A DNA stretch of 64,000 bases from Asterias rubens (taxonomy: Eukaryota), in assembly GCF_902459465.1 (NCBI RefSeq), contig NC_047079.1, positions 7,130,001 through 7,194,000 on the forward strand, in the 5' to 3' direction. Of this stretch, positions 1-11,146 are shown in pieces; position 1 is the stretch's first letter, and every line of letters starts with the position of its first letter. Both the position numbers and the translations under genes were made by a program. Below the pieces are notes generated by a model. It saw nothing but the letters and a program-made list of their open reading frames with translations. It was not told the origin of the DNA and made no database searches.

Positions 1-15
1 ACAGACACAACAAAA

Positions 16-175
16 TTAGTCATTGAAAACCTGTGACATAAGATAAGTTTTGAGAAGAGACTTGAATTTTGCAGTACAAAGACAAGATCGAAGATTAAGT
101 GGTAGAGAGTTCCAGATGCGTGGCGCGGCTGAAGAAAAAGACCTGTCACCCCATGAGTGTCGAGACTTGGGTTCA
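16..175 (-). mobile_element. L2/CR1-clade LINE 3' end fragment (ORF2 C-terminus)
   Basis: Minus strand reads SRHSWGDRSFSSAAPRIWNSLPLNLRSCLCTAKFKSLLKTYL. This matches the typical L2 ORF2 tail pattern G.R.FS.AAP.LWN.LP..LR.....FK..LKT.L. It lies in a neprilysin intron. Confidence 0.75.
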
Positions 176-260
176 ATGAGGAGAAGCAATAACTGCATTC
201 TGATGATATAATCAACGTGCTCTGAAGTCCTTTTTTCGATTCCTATGAACTTCATTGCAG

Positions 261-1794
261 GTATTTCAATTATGGAGGGATAGGAACAGTCATCGGTCAC
301 GAAATAACTCATGGGTTTGATACAGAAGGTGAGATACAGTTAGGTTGACTCCGCAACGCCTACTTCACCTATAGCCATGCCTATTTCATCTAATAGCCAT
401 GCCTATTTCACCCATAGCCACGCCTACTTCACATATAGCCACGCTTACTTATCCTAATAGCCACGCCTACTTCACATACAACCACGCCTATATACTTTAT
501 AATCCCGCAGTAGGCGTGGCTATGAAATGAAGTAGGCGTGGCTTACACTGGCAGTTAGCTCTGTTATTGAATGAAAATGTTTAAACATCTTTCAGGAAGG
601 ACTTACGACAAAGATGGGAACCTCAGGACCTGGTGGAGTGAGAAATCTATCGATAGTTTCAATAACCAGACTCAGTGTATGGTGGAGCAGTATTCAAAAT
701 TCGCCTTGCCGGACACAGAGACACATGTAAGTAAAGCACGGTTTCCCGTTTGGTTTTTGTCAAATTATCTGACATTTTTTGTAAAAAAAGTTGATGTTCA
801 AGTAATGTTAGATAAGAATATGATCCTACTTTTTGCCTATTTAAGTGAAACTTGTTTCTTACTTATTCACAAGGCACTATTGATGCATCTTGAGATGAGT
901 TGTCAGTTTTACCAGAGCGATGTGTACTATGACGTCATACTTTGCTTCGGCAATACTCAGTTTTAAGATCAATAATTATTAGCTCTTTGTGAACACGGCC
1001 CATGATTGTCTTGTGATTTTGTTGTTTTTACTCCAGCTCGATGGCGAACGTACTTTGGATGAAAACATTGCTGATAATGGAGGAGTCAAGGAAGCTTATC
1101 TGGTATAATAAACATTTAACCCATTTCTCGTTTTATAGACAGGGTACACTTTTGGTATTGTCAAATATCAAAATGTCAAATGTCAAATATATCAGAGTAC
1201 ATGTATCCTTAATTGGTGCATCCCTACACGCACACAAAATAAATGTGAACAATTTTGCTAAATAGTCGCTGCTTTAAGTACCCCCTTGTTATATTATGTT
1301 CCCGTCAGGCCTTCAAAGATAGCTCACCAAATGAACCCCTTCTACCCGGTGTGGACTACACTCAGGATCAAGTCTTCTTTATCTCATACGCTCAGGTAAG
1401 GTCATAGGTCAAATGACTTAGAATAGGGTCACCCAACTTGAATCACGACACTACATCGGTGATTCTATGTTTTAAAGGATTTTTGTCCGTCTTCTCTTTA
1501 TAGATTTGGTGTTGCATTTTTACTCCAAAAGGTGCACTTCACTCGATTTCCCGCAAATCACACTCCTTGGAGCCATTTAGGTGTGTATCTTTATTATTGT
1601 GTTACAACAGCATACTATTAATTCTCACTTGGCATCAAAGTTGTTAAGCAAACTTGCTAATTCCTACCCTTGTCTGTTTTCTTTCCTGATTTAGACCTGT
1701 CGGCACTCTGCAGAACAATGATGACTTCTCAAAGACCTTCAATTGTGCGGCAGGGAGTTACATGAACCCTACTGAGAAATGCAAAGTCTGGTAA
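261..1794 (+). CDS. M13 family zinc metallopeptidase (neprilysin/ECE-like), 3' part; 5' end lies outside the window
   Basis: Exons 261-328 ([23 protein letters not shown]; HExxH), 596-726 ([14 protein letters not shown]...QCMVEQYS), 1037-1102 ([16 protein letters not shown]), 1309-1395 ([18 protein letters not shown]), 1504-1580 (IWC...HSLEPFR), 1695-1794 ([25 protein letters not shown]). All GT-AG, phases consistent. Confidence 0.95.
352..543. repeat. ~21-22 bp minisatellite (TAGCCACGCCTACTTCAC core) followed by inverted copies
   Basis: About 7 forward units at ~352-490 and 2 reverse-complement units (GTAGGCGTGGCT) at 510-543, in the neprilysin intron. Confidence 0.8.
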
Positions 1795-1915
1795 TCAGTG
1801 TGGACGCCAGGCTATATGTCACGAAATAACCACCTTAAAAATGAACCCTACTGAGAAATGTAAAGTCTGGTAATCAGTGTGGACGCCAGGCTATATATGT
1901 CACGAAACGACCACC
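1762..1915 (+). repeat. 79-bp-period tandem duplication of the neprilysin terminal codons, stop and proximal 3' UTR
   Basis: ATGAACCCTACTGAGAAATG(C/T)AAAGTCTGGTAATCAGTGTGGACGCCAGGCTATAT... starts at both 1762 and 1841. Confidence 0.9.
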
Positions 1916-2984
1916 GATAGTTGTATTTTATTGTAATAAGCCTTATATTAATCTTCTTTTTAATTATCAATAACTGAGGTGTTTTAGCTAAAAGGTAAAG
2001 TTTTCAAACATGATTGTTGGAAGAACATTTTATATAGTAAATATTGACTCGAAAACAAGTGCCGAAACGTTGTTTACTTTTATTAATTTTTTGTTCGCAT
2101 TTATAATTTTAATTGTTTTTTAATAACAAACTATTTTTTACAATTTAAAATGTGCAGTGAATATATGGAGAATATGATTCTTGTTTCAATATAAAAAAGT
2201 GCATTCGTTTTGGGTTGAACATGGCCATTTTTGTCCACCATTTTGTGGGCTGGATGGCTCATAAGTAGAGCGACTCCCAGCCTCGGTTTGGACTCCAGAT
2301 TCTGCTTGGTATCTGTCAAAGAGCAGTGTGCGTTTTGATATTTCTGTATAATTATGCAAGTAACATAAACAAATTATTCATAATATTTTAGGCAGGAAAT
2401 TTATAAGACATAAATATTAAATATAATCGGGAGTAAACAATATATATTTTTAAATAATTAATGGTATATTTTGTAATTATCTTTGCAAACTGATGTTGAT
2501 ACACTTATTTGATGGCATTATAAACTGAGAATAAAGTGTTAATGACGCAATGCCGATGCAGTGATTTTGTTTGTGACGATCTTCAGAGTTTTGCCGTTTT
2601 CTTTAAAGAGACCAGCGCCCTCATCTGACTTCGGATGGAGTAAACAAAATATTAGTCATAGCTCGGCGGCAAGCTTGCACACATGCTCACAGAGGTTTGC
2701 CATACGCGACACAGTACAACAGAAGTGCGCTAAGGCCCACTTGCCTTTGCGTTCAAGCGCGTCCACGATACAAGTGCACTATTAACACATCCACTGGTGC
2801 CTGCGTTTGAAGTCCAACCAGCTATACCCAATAGGGCAGTAGGTCTACTCGCGTTTATCAGACACCACGACGACCGAGGTTTCACCACAACGACCGAGTA
2901 TATCTACACCACACCGACCGAGGATTGACCACCCTCACCTCGAAACATTCAGCCGGGGAATCGGACCCGTTTCACGGTCCAGCG

Positions 2985-5900
2985 ATGGTACTCTCAGCGC
3001 TGAGGTCAACCTTTCGGAGTTTAGCCCGAACCAAGACCTTAAACCACGGGGAGTTGGTGACCACCGAGCTGTCGAGATGTCTGGGGATTGCGGACCTGAC
3101 TGCCATCGGGGTGGGAGGCACCCTCGGGGCCGGTATCTACGTCTTGGCTGGGCAGGTTGCGAGGGAGGAGGCGGGTCCGGCTATCGTTCTATCTTTCCTC
3201 ATCGCAGCCATCGTCTCTATGTTGTCAGGTAAATAATTACGGTCCAACATTATTTGCTCAGGTCTTTTCACCACCTTTGTCCTGTAATGTATTTGCATAA
3301 GCCAACAATCCCGGCCATACTGTTGGGCCCCAATTGGGCGGGGGGACAGGTGACGGGACGGGGAAGAGAATGTTCCTTGTCGGGAGAAAAAGACAGGGAA
3401 TATCTATTGTAACGTTGGGAATGAGTGGCCTAAGCGCTTTAGCCGGTATTAAGATTACACAAATATTGTTTAACTCAGAGTAGGGGAGATTTGGGGAAAT
3501 GTTGATTCGATCCCGACACTATTTCACCCATTTATACCCAGAGTATCTTAATATTAAACAATAGTGATCTTGAGTGAAAAAGTGGTGGACTCTGCTTCTT
3601 TTTCCATTTTGGGACAAGGGGGTAGCATGTTGTGTGTTTTCTTTCTTTTTGGGGTGGGTGGGGCTTGGGTGGGTGGCAAGAGTTTGGGTTCGCGTGGGGG
3701 GGCGTACTGATGTGTAGTGGGATGGGTGTCTTGGGGTTGATGGTTTGGTTTTGGCACGTCGGAGACCCATGGCGAGTTTAGGTTATTGTTGAGGCAGCAG
3801 TTGATAGTATTTAGAAGGTTTATGCACCATAAAGTCTCGTTTGTATTCACTGTTCTTTCGGGTCACCTCGTATTGTGTCCTATGCCTCACCGCCTCAATG
3901 TGGTGTGTCCAGTGCTGGGCACTTTGAACAGCTTCGTCACTGACTATAATAGTTAATAGTGTGTTTTGTCCGTCAGACCTTCAATCGCCAAAGCTGTCTT
4001 TCATGTGTTGCATTCTACTTTCTATCGTCATGCTAGTCAAAAAGATATTCCATGTGTTGGCTTAGTTTGATTGTGTACGTTGAGATAAGCATACAAAATG
4101 CGCCGACGATTTCACAAAGAGTTAGGACTCGTCTTATCTCAAGTTAGGACGAGTAACATAACTTAGGATTAATCTTAAGGTCTGCATGCTACAGTGCAGG
4201 GTTGGGACTCGTCCTAAGTCCTAAGATTAGTCTTAAGTTAGGAAGAGTTTTGTGAAATCGACGTAGAGCCTTTACTGCTGGGTCATATTCACAGACCCAT
4301 GACTTGATAAACGTTGACCAGAGTGGTCCTTCTCTATATATCATAGCTAATCATCCTGAACCTACTTTTGTCAACGGTGTTGTATAAAACTTTTTTGTGG
4401 AAACGTTTCGCTGCACCTAAAACCTTTGACGTAACGTTTCACTGCACCTAAAACCTACAAAAGAGCTACAGTGCATAAACTTCAATGCATGATTTGTACG
4501 ATGCTCAATGAAAGAACACAACTATGGAGATTGCAGTTTTATATGATGATTGAAGTTTTGATGTGATGATTCAAGGGGTCACATTTCAAACTTGTACAGC
4601 TCTTGACTTCGTTTACATATTATGATCAGTATGAGCAGTGTGTTATCTTGCCTGCCAGGAAATGTCATGGATTGTACAAGTTAGTTCACTCTTTGTGTAA
4701 ACGAATGGCATAGACTATCCGTATCCATGTGTCTTGATAACTATTCTTTTAATTTTTGTTTTCTTAACGAAGGGGATTATTTTTGAGTACTTTGCTTGAG
4801 GTACGCCTTTTAAATTAAAAATGTGTACTACATAAAGATAACACTGACACAATGTGAATGATTTTATCTAGCAAAGTGAGGAATGTCTTGTTAGAGGACA
4901 TTACTTGTAGTTTGACACCAGCTTGAAACATTATTGTAAACAATTGTCAATACTGAAATAGTGTGTGTATATTATGTACTTTGAGATGAGATTGCATCAA
5001 GTTCAGTTTTGACTATAAGCGAGTCAAGCTGACCTAGAAATGGATCAAGCCTTTAGGAACAGAAGTAAGACCCTGTGAAGAATCGTGAATCATAAGTGGG
5101 GAACAAACTTAATGTCTTGAAGCTCCGTGGGCATTCGAGTAGTCTACTCGAAGTGGGAGCCAATTATGATGCTTTACTATGCAGCCTACCAGGGATAAAC
5201 ACTTATCTTCATTTGTGTGCTTAAAGGCACTTGGCACAGTTGGTAATTAACTACTCAAAATAGTTCCTAGCATAACAACTTACTTGATAACGAGTAATGG
5301 AGACCCCTTGATAGTATGACCCATTGTGAGAAACATAGTTTTTGAGAAAGAAGTAATTTCTCACTCAATTCAGCTGAAGCCTTATTATGCATCTGAAAGC
5401 ACACAAATTTGCAACAAGGGTGTTTTTTCTTGCATTATTCTCTTGCATATTCGATGACATCTTGAGCCCCAAATTTTCACAGGTTTGTTATGTTATTCAT
5501 TGTTGGGATACACCAAGTGAGATTACTGGTCTTTGGCAATTACCAAAGGTGTCCAGTGACTTTAATGTCTTGAGGTTCCGGGTTCCGTTTTGACTTGAGA
5601 CAGCGCGGCGTCTTAGAAGATGAAGAGGATGCAGCTTCATCCTCTTCAAGTCTTGATTTATCCGAAGGCTTTAAAATGATGAAATCATAATATTCACAGG
5701 AAAAGATAAATGAATCGTGATATGTTTGTTTGCCCTCAGGTGAAGTTGGTTTTTACTTGCAGTCAAACGAAGCCTCAGCGACTCTCTTAAAAAATAGAAA
5801 TGTAGTGTTTGTTTTTAGAAAACACTATGTGTTCGGTGAAGACAAGTATGTACAGAGCTGTGTTTGAGAGATGAAACAACGCATAAACACATGCCATTTT

Positions 5901-8900
5901 TCGAATGTTTGTTCCCATCCGGAGAGTTGGAATCAAACGAAACCGACACGAAGCCGAAGCATTAATTCATTAAACAAAAATCAGATAAATAAAAATGAAT
6001 CGAAACACTGTTTGTTGAAAAAGTCTGCTCTTCCTGAAGTATGTTAAAGCAGACATTTTGAAAGCGCGTTGAAAAAACCCTAAAACACACACACATACAC
6101 ACAAACAATTAACTCAATCGAAACACTGAGGATTGTTTGTCGAGAAAGTCTCCTCTTCCTGAAGATGTTCAGAGAGCAGACATGTTTGAAAGGTTAATCA
6201 TTCCACTCACACGTTGAGAAAACCCAAAACACACACCGCAGACAGAACAAAAACACACAATCATGGCGTATAATCTTTCCCCGCAATGCATGCTGCACAG
6301 GCAAGACTTGTGTATGATTTTCTGTGCTGTGAAATAGATGATAGGAGAGGGGAAAAAAACTACGGGACGAATTTCCCCACCGGGCAGAGCTGCGATATCT
6401 ACCCGGGCCGCAAGAGCTAATCAACGGTTAATACATTGGCTGTCTTTTCGGGTTGGTTGCTAATAAGGCGTAGATGTGTAACACGACACCATCGGGCTTT
6501 AGATCTCGTCTGTGGGGGAAATTCTCTCGTGAATTGAGCCAGCCGTGTAATTCCCTGGCTCAATCGAAGGGAGGGGGTAGCGGACATGAGATTTACTTAG
6601 TTGAGCGACCGGGGAAAACTGGCAAGGCTAGAAAATTATATGCAGTGTTTGTTTAATCATTTTATCGGGTATTTAGTTTCTATTTAATATCTACATCATT
6701 CTTGCAAAATATAATATTAAATTATAATCAGATATCCACGAATTGAATACCTACCCTTTGTCTGCTATTCAAATCGACCTTCGTTTGGATTTCTCTCGAT
6801 TGATATTATATCTTTTGCGATCATAATATTAATGGTTATTCTCAAGGCCTTTTGGTTTACTGTCTAGTTACTTATAATTTCGTATTGGTATTAAACAAGA
6901 AGATTCTTTCATATTGGGGTTACATCAGGGCATTATCATATAGTTTTGCAACAAAATGCTCTAGAAATCTATCCCAGCATGACCTGGATTGTTTTTCTCT
7001 TCAATTTGATGCACTAGATGGTACAGCATTGTTAGATATTTCTAACAATAAGTATTGTATCGATGCTTGTACAATCGGGGCCCGGCTGTGACGGCAACAG
7101 AACACATGTAATTAATGTGCAAGTCTATACGTTCAAATACTCTCGAATGTTTACTTTGTCTTAAAACGGGAGCGTGATACCGTACGCAGTTAGTTCAACA
7201 AAAGGTCAAAGGTCAGTCTTTGATGCAAGGCAATGTTAAAGGGAACCTCGAGGAGATTACACCTTTAAGGCAAGCTTCGATGTCGGCCTTTTAAACATTA
7301 GTAACGTCTCAGTGCTGTTTATTCCCAACCTTTGCGTTCTGTAGACGTCCGCTCAAGCCGGTAAACCTTCCCAGGTCGTCAATCAATTTTGATTCACACG
7401 ATATATTTACGTGGGGACAATTCAATCAACAGCCCAAGCTTTTATGATGAACTTGGGGGGGGGGGATTTATTGTACAACGGCCGCCGGACTGAACGCTGC
7501 TTCACAAACGGGGAAGAAATGTAATGCATTTTTGAATAACACTTTATATCTGTACAGTCAGACAATCGTGAAATTGTGGATGGGGAGGGGGCAACTGCCC
7601 TCCAAGTTTCGGGCAAAACAGTTAGGAAAACTCGAGCACAGCAAGATGAAGAACAAAAGCGAAAAGTGAAAGCAAACCCAATAGAAAATCGACCCCCCAC
7701 CCTCTTTAACCAAAGTTTGACACGCCTAGTCCTTTTTCAAAACTTCAGACTGTCAAATTTGCAGATAAGAGAAAGTTCTTTTGGCCCGAGGTAAAACCAA
7801 TCACCACTCTCTTCTCACGATTTAGTGATTGCGAGGATGGCATTTACAAAATACAAACGCGCTTCGTCAGTGGACGTCGATGGAAATAAAAGTATATTGT
7901 GCTTAGAGTGATGGAGATGTTTTCACGGCTCGTTTGGTGTGGAAAAGTCTTCAGGAAATAGCGAGGCGTGTCCCGCATCAGTACCCCCCCCCCCCCCCCC
8001 CTCAGCGTAAGGCCATCGTCCCTCTCGGCATTTCTTCTTTAGCTGAGGTACTTTCTTCTGATTCTTTCTGTCCCTCTCCTTATTCTTATTCTCCGTCGTT
8101 CTTCTTCTTCTTCTACTACTACTTATATAGGTCTGTGGCGGTGTAGGGTTTTGGACTCTTTCATCTTTACGGTGGATGGATCAAATAATGAATCGTCTGG
8201 TAGTCTTCTTATTTTGTCCATTGTTGGTTGGACTACTTATGTTTGTATGTACGGGGTGTTTCACGGGGTGAACTGTTTGTTAGACTTCTTAATGTGTTTA
8301 CTTAGTGCCTCATTTTTTAGTCCGACGCTATATTACGAACACTAAAATAAATTCTTCCCTGGATGACGTCACAATGGGTGTATCTGCTCAAGCAATAATA
8401 TAATAATTTACATTTTGACTGATTTAGAAAAAGCAGATTCTGCGTGGTTACATCCTTTTGCATTTCAACGATTCACCATATAATAAGTACAGATCCCTGT
8501 ACGACCAAGTAAAGAGATCCACTTTCCTCCAAACTCAAATCGTATCATCCTTTTTGTACTGACCCTTTTCCCTTATTGTTTGTGTTGTGATTATTATATA
8601 AACTTCAATTTGGTGTGAATAGTCATCATAAATTGTTTTGAATTTGTTTAAGATGGCATCACCCTCAGTTTCACGGAACTTTAGTTATGTTGGAACTGTA
8701 CGCAAAATCCAGGAAAAGGGAGGTATTGATGGCGCTATACGCGAAACGACATCCCTGATCTGCCCCGAGGGCTTTCTTCTTCTTCTTTTTCCTCTTCTCT
8801 TCAGGTCTCGTAGATTCTCTCTTTATGCCTCCACACAAAGGGCACAGGTCTCTATTTAATACACTTACCGTACCACACCATCCCTATTAGTGTTGTGCTG

Positions 8901-11115
8901 TCATAAAGGTCATTGCCGGGGCCTGTAAAAACATCACCTCTACCAAATTCGCATATAAAAAAGAAATCCCTTATCTCGTATCTTGATTGAGCTAAAAGGA
9001 GACTTCGCGAGACTCAAGATGTTTTCACAGCGTACTCAGAGATGTTGATAAGATGCGTTGTCATGGACTCTGGTGTGTAACGCGCTTCCAAATAAACAAA
9101 GTCGTATTCAAAATGACGTGGTTTTTCTTAAAGGTGTTGGTCTTGTTTTAAAAGCTGAAGAAATTTGTAGTGCTCCATCGTGGAGAGTAGGGGTTAAGGC
9201 TGGAGTTTCTGGTTCACAAATCTGTAGGTTTCATGTACCGGTAGCGCACGTACCTTTATCTTGAAAGAGTATGGGGTTAACCCTGGTGTTTCTAGTTCAC
9301 ATAAGCCGTATCCCGCATGTACTGGGATTGGTAATGGACGTGAATGAACCCAGAACACTTGTGGTGGAAGGAACACCCCAGTGTTTCAGGTTCATCAAAC
9401 ATTCTCGCTTACAGGTTTGCTCAAGCATGCTTGGTTTCATTACCAGACGTTTATAATAATAATATCAAAGTGTTGTCGAACACTCAAGCAGATGATACGG
9501 TGCGAAAGAGTCAAGTGCAATTATAATCGCATTATTAACATCCGGGAATATCCCTACAGATGACGTTGCTGCTAGCCGAGGTGTGATTAAAAATGGATGT
9601 ATCCAGCGATATATACGGTGTGTTTGCACCTGGGAGACGGTTTTGTCAACAAACATAGGTTTACTCTTATTTGGAAAAATACAACCAATATCGAACCTGT
9701 AATCCTAGCTCAGCAAGCGTCTCTTGGAATTAATTAATTTTACATATTTTTTTTATCTACGCTTCAGTGATTATTTATATTTTTTGTGTGAAAGTAAATC
9801 GATACCCCAATTAGGCATGGAAGATGGATATAAAGCATTTTATTTCCCACATTAAAAACAAAATCGTTATCCCCTGGCAAATGTTAACATAGTTAATTTA
9901 GATAAGTCTCATTTTTACTGGCTCTGTTTTAATTTTAACTTTTTTACAGTTTTCTATTATAAAATTTATTAATACAATTTGATGACCATAGATACTGGTC
10001 CAGGGACCGTATAATTTTCTGGGAAATTTTTTTTTTAGTAATTTCCTTTCTCTCTCCATCAAAATTTAGTGCAGTCATTGTTAGGTTGCATACGGGGTCT
10101 TGTATGACTGAAATTGATACTCGATTGCATTAAGTGGATGCAAATGGTAGCATTTTATAAGTGATTCGCAATGCTCAGTTTTCCCAAAAACTATAATTCT
10201 TATCTCGAATTGCTCTGTTGAGGTTTCCTTGCCCGATTGTCTTGGGAATCCCTGCATTGGTCTTAAGAAGACGAGGATGAAGTCTTTCGTATTTCCATGG
10301 GACCTCGCTTCCTTCGAAGGGCAAATGTCTTTCATAAAGCACGATCAGGAACAACGTAAAAAGGTATCTTTTCAGGAACCTCATTTTATCTTTTTGTTGT
10401 CCCTTTTTGCGTGTCTTCCGTCTTATGATTTCTCGTTAATTGCCCTTTAGGATTTGTTGTTGATTTTTGTTTGATGTTTGTTCTGTGACTTGTTGTCTTA
10501 GTTTGTTCTTTGTTGCATATAAAGAGAGAAGAAAATAAAATCTTTTTCAGGAACAAAGTAAAAAGGTATTCCCTTTTCAGGCTGAAAGCGAATGTAACAA
10601 GAGTCGTTGCCCCAACTTGCCCTTATCACCAACTTGTCAAAGTGGGACGAGACGAGAACAAAACCTTTCCTTGTCGTCATTCAGATGGTGTGACTCTCCG
10701 TGCTGTTTGGCCGTCCATCTTGGAGGAAAGGTCACGGAGGAGCAAATCTTCCCTACACATTCTTCTACAAAGGATGATATTAATTAATATCGGAAAATGA
10801 ATTTAAGATTTAATATTATCAGAGATTATAAAATAATATTTCAATTCTTAAATTCTGTCTCAGCGGAGAGCTTTAAAAATTCTAAAAATGTTATAAATTT
10901 ATGTTTAGTACTGACATTACAATCCCTTTAACGAGGAGGCATTTAGGTAGAAATTACACAATTTTTGTTACGGTCAATGTAAAAGTATATTCATATATAT
11001 AAATATCATACGATTTCAATAGTCATATTAACCTGAAACCTGCTGTAGAAATATTCTCACTGTAGACGAAGATGCGAGTCTAAGGCCAAGATCTTTACGA
11101 ACGTCTATTCATACA

Positions 11116-11146
<31 letters not shown>

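Noticed and set aside
16-312. 98-aa minus-strand ORF as a gene
   Set aside because: It is a chimera of an L2 LINE tail and the antisense of the neprilysin HExxH exon.
3519-3850. P/T/H-rich minus-strand ORFs
   Set aside because: They arise from a G/T-rich low-complexity patch in CAT intron 1, with no domain or splice support.
10081-10800. Several 60-96 aa ORFs with an internal direct repeat (CCTGAAAAG..ATACCTTTTTAC)
   Set aside because: No family recognised; probably a decayed repeat, with no consistent exon structure.
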